From NCBI GenBank assembly GCA_964388035.1, contig CAYLZE010000075.1, forward strand, positions 1-24,237: 24,237 nt of DNA, written 5' to 3'. Positions within the stretch are counted from its first letter, which is position 1, and every line of letters starts with the position of its first letter. Position numbers and translations under genes: made by a program. This document shows positions 19,247-24,237 of the stretch, one piece after another. The DNA is from an uncultured archaeon (GTDB lineage: Archaea; Asgardarchaeota; Lokiarchaeia; Sigyniarchaeales; SOKP01). The notes below the pieces were generated by a model, which saw nothing but the letters and a program-made list of their open reading frames with translations, had not been told where the DNA came from and made no database searches.

Positions 19247-20455
19247 TTAAAGACCAAAGAAAAAACATACCTCCATGATAACACCTGAAACAATGGGTAC
19301 GCTAAAATTATCATTAATTCTAGCTGAAAACAACTCAATTAAAGGAGCTATAACTGCGCCAATGAGAATAATATAAATAAACTCAGGGAAAAAGTATGAT
19401 AAGATATACCAACACATCAAGGTACAACCCAAATAAGCTAAACTACCTTCTAGGGATTTATCAAAAATTTTGTGCCTTCCAAAACCCATTCCAAAGATTT
19501 TACTGAAAAGATCACCGAAAATAGCAAAGCTTAATGCCGCAATCGCAATTTTCTGATTGAATAAAAATATGGTTATGAATGCTGCGACTAAGAAAAGAGT
19601 CATTGAGGAAAATCTTTCTTCCCCCTTCCTAAAAAGGGATTTTACTCGTTGCGTCAGGAGTTCTCGGGAGGACCGGCTTAGCATTTTTGAAAGATCGATT
19701 GCAATAAATGTTAGAGCAACGATGCCTAGGATTAATAATGAAATGATATGAGTAAAAAAATTATCGAAAATGACGAATAATACTGCAAAGGGTCGCGCCG
19801 CGACACGCCACCAATGGAGTTTAAATTCTTCATTTTCAATTACAATCAATTTTTGATGGATGATATTATACGTGCCTACTCCCGTGATATGTGCTATTAT
19901 GATCACGAAAAATAAGTTATATGGACTCATTGGATATGTTATAAACATAAAAAAGCCTAATAAGGGTAAAATTAAAATTGATAAAAATTCTCCTTTTTTG
20001 GTAACATAAGCAAATATTACCACTAAAATCAGGCAGAACCCTATAAAAGTAATAAATACTAACAATTGACCCAAAAGTAAATAGTTTACCAAATAAAAGA
20101 GTAAAATACCCACGGCAGTTGCTACTCCCTGTCCTCCTTTAAATCCATTGTAGAAAGGAAAGACATGTCCAACAATAGCCATTAGCGCCGCTACTTGAAT
20201 CACAATGAAATTCGCTCCGATAAGATAAGCTACCCACATGGCTAATAATCCTTTAAACGTGTCATATGCTGCAGTGGGAATTGCATAAACTAAACCTAAT
20301 GAATGATATACATTCATTGTTCCAGCATTTAATGTTCCCACTTTTCTAATATCTATACCGTTTAATCGTCCAAATACCTGAGCTGGTAAAATCGATCCAA
20401 TTAAATAACCCAGACAAATTCCGATAATGTCTATAAAGAAACTTATTATTTCCAT
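19247..20455 (-). CDS. plsY: Fusion of glycerol-3-phosphate acyltransferase PlsY (N-terminal) and SEC59/DGK1/VTE5-type CTP-dependent lipid kinase-like domain (C-terminal)
   Basis: PlsY motifs GYLIGSI, DIRKVGTLNAGTMN, D..KG and GHVFP...FKGGQGVAT. C-terminal GD..S..G..FG..K..KSLEGS and E....DN..VP. The likely start is ATG 20455 rather than TTG 20479. Confidence 0.8.
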   Translation of the reverse strand: MEIISFFIDIIGICLGYLIGSILPAQVFGRLNGIDIRKVGTLNAGTMNVYHSLGLVYAIPTAAYDTFKGLLAMWVAYLIGANFIVIQVAALMAIVGHVFPFYNGFKGGQGVATAVGILLFYLVNYLLLGQLLVFITFIGFCLILVVIFAYVTKKGEFLSILILPLLGFFMFITYPMSPYNLFFVIIIAHITGVGTYNIIHQKLIVIENEEFKLHWWRVAARPFAVLFVIFDNFFTHIISLLILGIVALTFIAIDLSKMLSRSSRELLTQRVKSLFRKGEERFSSMTLFLVAAFITIFLFNQKIAIAALSFAIFGDLFSKIFGMGFGRHKIFDKSLEGSLAYLGCTLMCWYILSYFFPEFIYIILIGAVIAPLIELFSARINDNFSVPIVSGVIMEVCFFFGL

Positions 20456-20632
20456 AATTTCCACTTCCTTTTTTTTCAATTACATTCCAAATAACATTCC
20501 ACTTGAATTTCAAAATTCCTTAAACTCACTCAAAACTAGATGATTTGTTATTTAAATCTTTGTTTAAAAATTTAAAAAAAAGTGGAATCCATTTTTTAAT
20601 ATTCGAAAACAACTTTAAAACTTTCAATTAAC

Positions 20633-20959
20633 TTGGTATTTTTCAAATATACTTGGTCAAGCATTTTCTCTCGGTATTATATTCCTGTAAGTAAACCTTT
20701 AATGATTCTCGTTATTGGATTGAGATTCTCGAGAAATATTTTGTTCGTGAAGATAATAAGCAGGCAGATGCAAAGTGAAATTCGGGCAACCACGTGGAGT
20801 ACACTCAACATGATTGCTAATATTAACAGCGCAATTTTATATCCCTTAATAGGACTAATTGTGATGTGGAACTTAGAAGGGACTTACCTAATTTTAGGCT
20901 ACAGTGGAATTTTTTGTGCGCTATTGTTGAGCTTCAAAATGGAATATTTCAAGGATTAA
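20633..20959 (+). pseudogene. C-terminal remnant of an MFS transporter
   Basis: Q.QSEIRATTWSTLNM...LYPLIG resembles the loop and last helices of MFS permeases, and the rest of a ~400-aa protein is absent. Confidence 0.6.
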
Positions 20960-20983
20960 TTATTTAATTTAATAAGTTTTTTT

Positions 20984-21478
20984 TTGAAACAAGAAAATGA
21001 TTTGAGAAAATTTGATATTAATAAACCATTGAAGATTAGAAAATTTCAAGAGGAAGATGCTGAGGAGGCATCAAATTTAATCAAGAAAACTTTAAGAGAG
21101 ATGAATAGTAAAGATTATCCCCCAGAAGTCATTGATTATTTAAGTAATCTTTATTGTCCTACTACGTTGAAAAATATTTCACGGGAACGTAATTTTTTTT
21201 TAGCAGAGAAAGACAAAAAGATTATTGGAACGATAACTTTGGAACATGATTACATTGGAGTTCTTTTTATTCATCCCGATTACATGAATCTTGGTATTGG
21301 AACGCTTCTCATGCACCATGTAGAACAAATAGCAAGAGAAAATAACATTAAAAAGATAAGGTTAAATTCCAGCATTACTGCAAAGCTGTTTTATCACAAA
21401 TTAGGATACGAACTCATCAAAAAGAACGTGCATGAAGATGTTGGAATCAATTATTTGATGAGTAAAATAATATCTTGA
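20984..21478 (+). CDS. GNAT family N-acetyltransferase
   Basis: LFIHPDYMNLGIGTLL acetyl-CoA motif A and A..FY.KLGY motif B. Confidence 0.92.
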   Translation: MKQENDLRKFDINKPLKIRKFQEEDAEEASNLIKKTLREMNSKDYPPEVIDYLSNLYCPTTLKNISRERNFFLAEKDKKIIGTITLEHDYIGVLFIHPDYMNLGIGTLLMHHVEQIARENNIKKIRLNSSITAKLFYHKLGYELIKKNVHEDVGINYLMSKIIS

Positions 21479-21653
21479 AACCAATGCATATAATATTAAT
21501 TAACTTTGATTTATTCAACTTCTTTTTTAATAATTAGATGTAAATCCCTTTAATATCACTTTCATGCCTTTTAAAGCAAAAAATTTATTAATCATGTTCA
21601 ATATATAATAGTATTCACGAATTCGAAAACAAATAATAAATTGAGGATAGAAA

Positions 21654-21830
21654 ATGGTTAAAGCGGAATGTCCATCATGTTTCTTCGAGTTTGAATTAGA
21701 TGAAGGGACGATTGAAGGAGAAGTAATTCCTTGCCCAGACTGTGGTGTAGATCTTGAAGTAGTATCCATACAGGGCAATGTCGTAAAACTGGAAGAAGCA
21801 GAAATGGCTGAAGAGGACTGGGGAGAATAG
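21654..21830 (+). CDS. lysW: LysW/ArgW amino-group carrier protein (58 aa; below the ORF-track cutoff)
   Basis: MVKAECPSCFFEFELDEGTIEGEVIPCPDCGVDLEVVSIQGNVVKLEEAEMAEEDWGE has two CxxC zinc knuckles, is acidic and ends in the invariant EDWGE. A GAGGA RBS lies upstream. Confidence 0.96.
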   Translation: MVKAECPSCFFEFELDEGTIEGEVIPCPDCGVDLEVVSIQGNVVKLEEAEMAEEDWGE

Positions 21831-21890
21831 CTGGAGATCTCATCTTTCGGAGAAAGATTAATCTATAATCTGGCAAATGCTCATGTCCGT

Positions 21891-23720
21891 TTAGAGAAGT
21901 CTTTTCTTAATTTCTTGAGCTAATTTTTTATTTACGATTGTTGTCAATTCTTCGAAAGGAGCATTCTTTATTCCTTCAAGGCTGCCGAACTCGATTAATA
22001 ACTTCTTTCTTGTTGCGGGACCAATTCCTTTAATTTCATCCAAAACTGAACCCGTTGTTTTTTTCTTTCTCTTTATTTTATGAAGTCTAATTGCAAAACG
22101 ATGAGCTTCATCCCTTATTCGTTGAATTAATTGCAAGGCAGAGGAATCTTTGGGAAGGAGAAGGGACTTTTCCTGATTAGGAATAAAAATTTCTTCTAAT
22201 CTTTTTGCAAGACCGATAATAGGAATGTTTAAACCTAACTCTTTTAGCACCTCTGTTCCTGCATTGAGTTGACCCTTACCGCCATCTAATAATATTAAAT
22301 CCGGCATTTCCTCGTTATTTTTTAAAACTGAAAGGTATCTCCGTTTTAATACTTCTTTCATCATTGCTACATCATCAGGCGTGGATTTTGATTTAATATT
22401 AAAATGGCGATATTTCTTTTTATAGGGTTCTCCCTCAAGAAAGTACACCATGGAACCCGTGGCATTCTTGCCCCCAATATTAGAAATATCAAATCCTTCG
22501 ATTTTATTAGGTATATTTGGTAATTCTAATATTTGTTTGACTTCTTTTAATGTCTCAATAATTGTGCTTTTCTCTTTATCTTTAATGGCTTGTATTTGAA
22601 GTTGCTGCTCCACCATTACTTTTGCATTTTTATATGCAATGCGAAGTAATGCGGCTTCTTTTTCATCTCCAGAGATTCTCAAACTTAACTTTTTATTCAT
22701 TTCCATTAATATTTCTTGTAATAGACTCAATCCTTGATTCATCTTAGGTACAACAATACTCTCGGGGATCATATGATTTTTCTCTTGATAATATTGCTCT
22801 AATAACTGATTTAAAATTTCTTCTCTACGTATTATTTTATCTTTTACATCTAATAGGAAAGAGCTTTTATTAGTCATCCTTCCATCTCTTATATGAAGGA
22901 TTACCAGGGCAAAGAAAGTATCATTCTCATCGATATAATAACCAACGACATCCTTATTTGCTAAATGGTCAAGTAAAACATTTTGGCGAGTAGTGGAATG
23001 ATTAATTGATTCTATTTTATCCCTCCAAAAAGCAGCAACCTCGTAGTTTTGATTTTCTGCCGCCTCATTCATTTTATGTTGTAAGTCCGCAATCAGTTCG
23101 GAAGTATTTCCTTTTAGGAAAAGTTCTATACTTTTTATATTTTCCATATAATCTTCTTTAGTAATAGTGTTTCCGCATAAACCGGGGCATAATTTTAATT
23201 GATAATATAAACAGGGCCGATCGCATTTTTTAACGGATTTTTTGCAAGAACAGTAGGGAAAAATCTTTCTTAAGTCCCGTAATATCCTTTGAATTTCTTT
23301 TTTATCCGTATAAGGCCCAAGCACTAAATTTCCATTAGAATACTTTTCAGGTCCACGAATGATGCGTATTCTTGGGAATTCCTCCGAGTAGAATATGCAA
23401 ATCCAAGGATAAGATTTCGAATCCCGCATGATAACGTTGAAGCGAGGAAGATATTTTTTGATTTGAAGGTTTTCAAGAATTAGTGCTTCTTTTTCGTTTT
23501 GCGTGACAATATATTCAATTGAATGGATATTTTTTACTAATTCTCTAATTTTCTCTTCATAGTAGGGATCATTATAACTTGTCTTTAAGAAGTATTGGGA
23601 AACTCTCTTTTTGATGTTTATTCCTTTTCCAATATAGATAATAGTACCCTTTTTATCCTTGAATAAATAAATTCCCGGATCCGTAGGTAAGCTCTTTCTT
23701 TGTAATTCTAAGTCTGACAT
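21891..23720 (-). CDS. uvrC: Excinuclease ABC subunit C
   Basis: GIY-YIG (PGIYLF..YIGK), Cys-rich region, UVR domain, RNase H-like GFDIS...DGGKGQ, RDEAHRFA and C-terminal HhH (GIGP). Confidence 0.97.
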   Translation of the reverse strand: MSDLELQRKSLPTDPGIYLFKDKKGTIIYIGKGINIKKRVSQYFLKTSYNDPYYEEKIRELVKNIHSIEYIVTQNEKEALILENLQIKKYLPRFNVIMRDSKSYPWICIFYSEEFPRIRIIRGPEKYSNGNLVLGPYTDKKEIQRILRDLRKIFPYCSCKKSVKKCDRPCLYYQLKLCPGLCGNTITKEDYMENIKSIELFLKGNTSELIADLQHKMNEAAENQNYEVAAFWRDKIESINHSTTRQNVLLDHLANKDVVGYYIDENDTFFALVILHIRDGRMTNKSSFLLDVKDKIIRREEILNQLLEQYYQEKNHMIPESIVVPKMNQGLSLLQEILMEMNKKLSLRISGDEKEAALLRIAYKNAKVMVEQQLQIQAIKDKEKSTIIETLKEVKQILELPNIPNKIEGFDISNIGGKNATGSMVYFLEGEPYKKKYRHFNIKSKSTPDDVAMMKEVLKRRYLSVLKNNEEMPDLILLDGGKGQLNAGTEVLKELGLNIPIIGLAKRLEEIFIPNQEKSLLLPKDSSALQLIQRIRDEAHRFAIRLHKIKRKKKTTGSVLDEIKGIGPATRKKLLIEFGSLEGIKNAPFEELTTIVNKKLAQEIKKRLL

Positions 23721-23904
23721 TCCTTTTTCTTTTTATAATATTTAAAAGATCTTTGCTTAAAAGTAATAACTTCCTTTTAATTATTAAAAATTCTCAATGA
23801 ATGATTAAATTTGAATGAGTTTAAATTTAATTATTATAAAACTTTACCTCTAATTGAGAAATACATGTATTTCGTGAATAGAAGAATCTAAATGAGATCT
23901 AAAC

Positions 23905-24123
23905 TTGAAAAATGAAAAAGAAAAGAAAAAACCGACCATAAAAATCTGTCCTAGATGTAAATCTCCGAGAATAAGACCTGCCGTAAATGTTAGCGGATGG
24001 CTAGCTCCCAATATGATTGAGTGTTGGCAGTGTGGTTATATTGGACCTATCTACATTGAGATGGATTTGGAGGATTATGAAGCATTAATTAAGGAAGAAA
24101 ATGAGAGAAAAAAAAAAAGTTAA
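23905..24123 (+). CDS. Small zinc-ribbon protein
   Basis: CPRC...GWL...CWQCGY in a 72-aa ORF with TTG start. Confidence 0.75.
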   Translation: MKNEKEKKKPTIKICPRCKSPRIRPAVNVSGWLAPNMIECWQCGYIGPIYIEMDLEDYEALIKEENERKKKS

Positions 24124-24237
24124 AAATCAAAAAGCAACAATTTAATAAAAAATAGCAAAAAAAAATACAAATTTAAGAGAGAATTTTTAGACAATCTTTA
24201 AAATGGACATTAAAAACGTATTATCCCCATATTGCAA

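Noticed and set aside
21527-21876. Two minus-strand ORFs (83 aa and 72 aa)
   Set aside because: They are antisense shadows of the real lysW gene on the plus strand.
21891-23720. uvrC without adjacent uvrA/uvrB in an archaeon
   Set aside because: Bacterial-type UvrABC is known in several archaeal groups and uvrC is often unlinked, so this is not unusual.
1-24237. CRISPR arrays, tRNA/rRNA genes, transposases, reverse transcriptases, defence islands
   Set aside because: No regularly spaced repeats, cloverleafs or diagnostic protein motifs were found by eye.

Overview
AT-rich archaeal DNA, most likely from an Asgard archaeon of the Lokiarchaeia/Promethearchaeota type. This is an inference from BRE/TATA promoters, GGTGA/GGAGG ribosome-binding sites, a tetraether synthase, a stand-alone longin-like protein and LysW. 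The window is mostly a mosaic of metabolic genes: a V4R-like gene (partial), PPC/DUF296, M1 aminopeptidase, YgeY-like M20 hydrolase, MoxR-like AAA+ ATPase with a TIKI/TraB-like partner, Tes/GDGT-MAS radical SAM, DUF6125-like, longin-like, alpha/beta hydrolase, amidohydrolase, COG0731 radical SAM, ROK kinase, a PlsY-lipid kinase fusion, an MFS remnant, GNAT, lysW (missed by the ORF track), uvrC and a Zn-ribbon protein. The most notable unexplained signal is a GC-enriched ~160-nt element at 10542-10703. It has a perfect 15-bp terminal stem, internal hairpins, U-rich and anti-SD-like single-stranded segments, an exactly positioned BRE/TATA and an oligo-U end, and I read it as an unrecognised structured small RNA. 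No rRNA, tRNA, CRISPR array or transposase was seen. All family assignments come from motif recognition by eye, not database searches.
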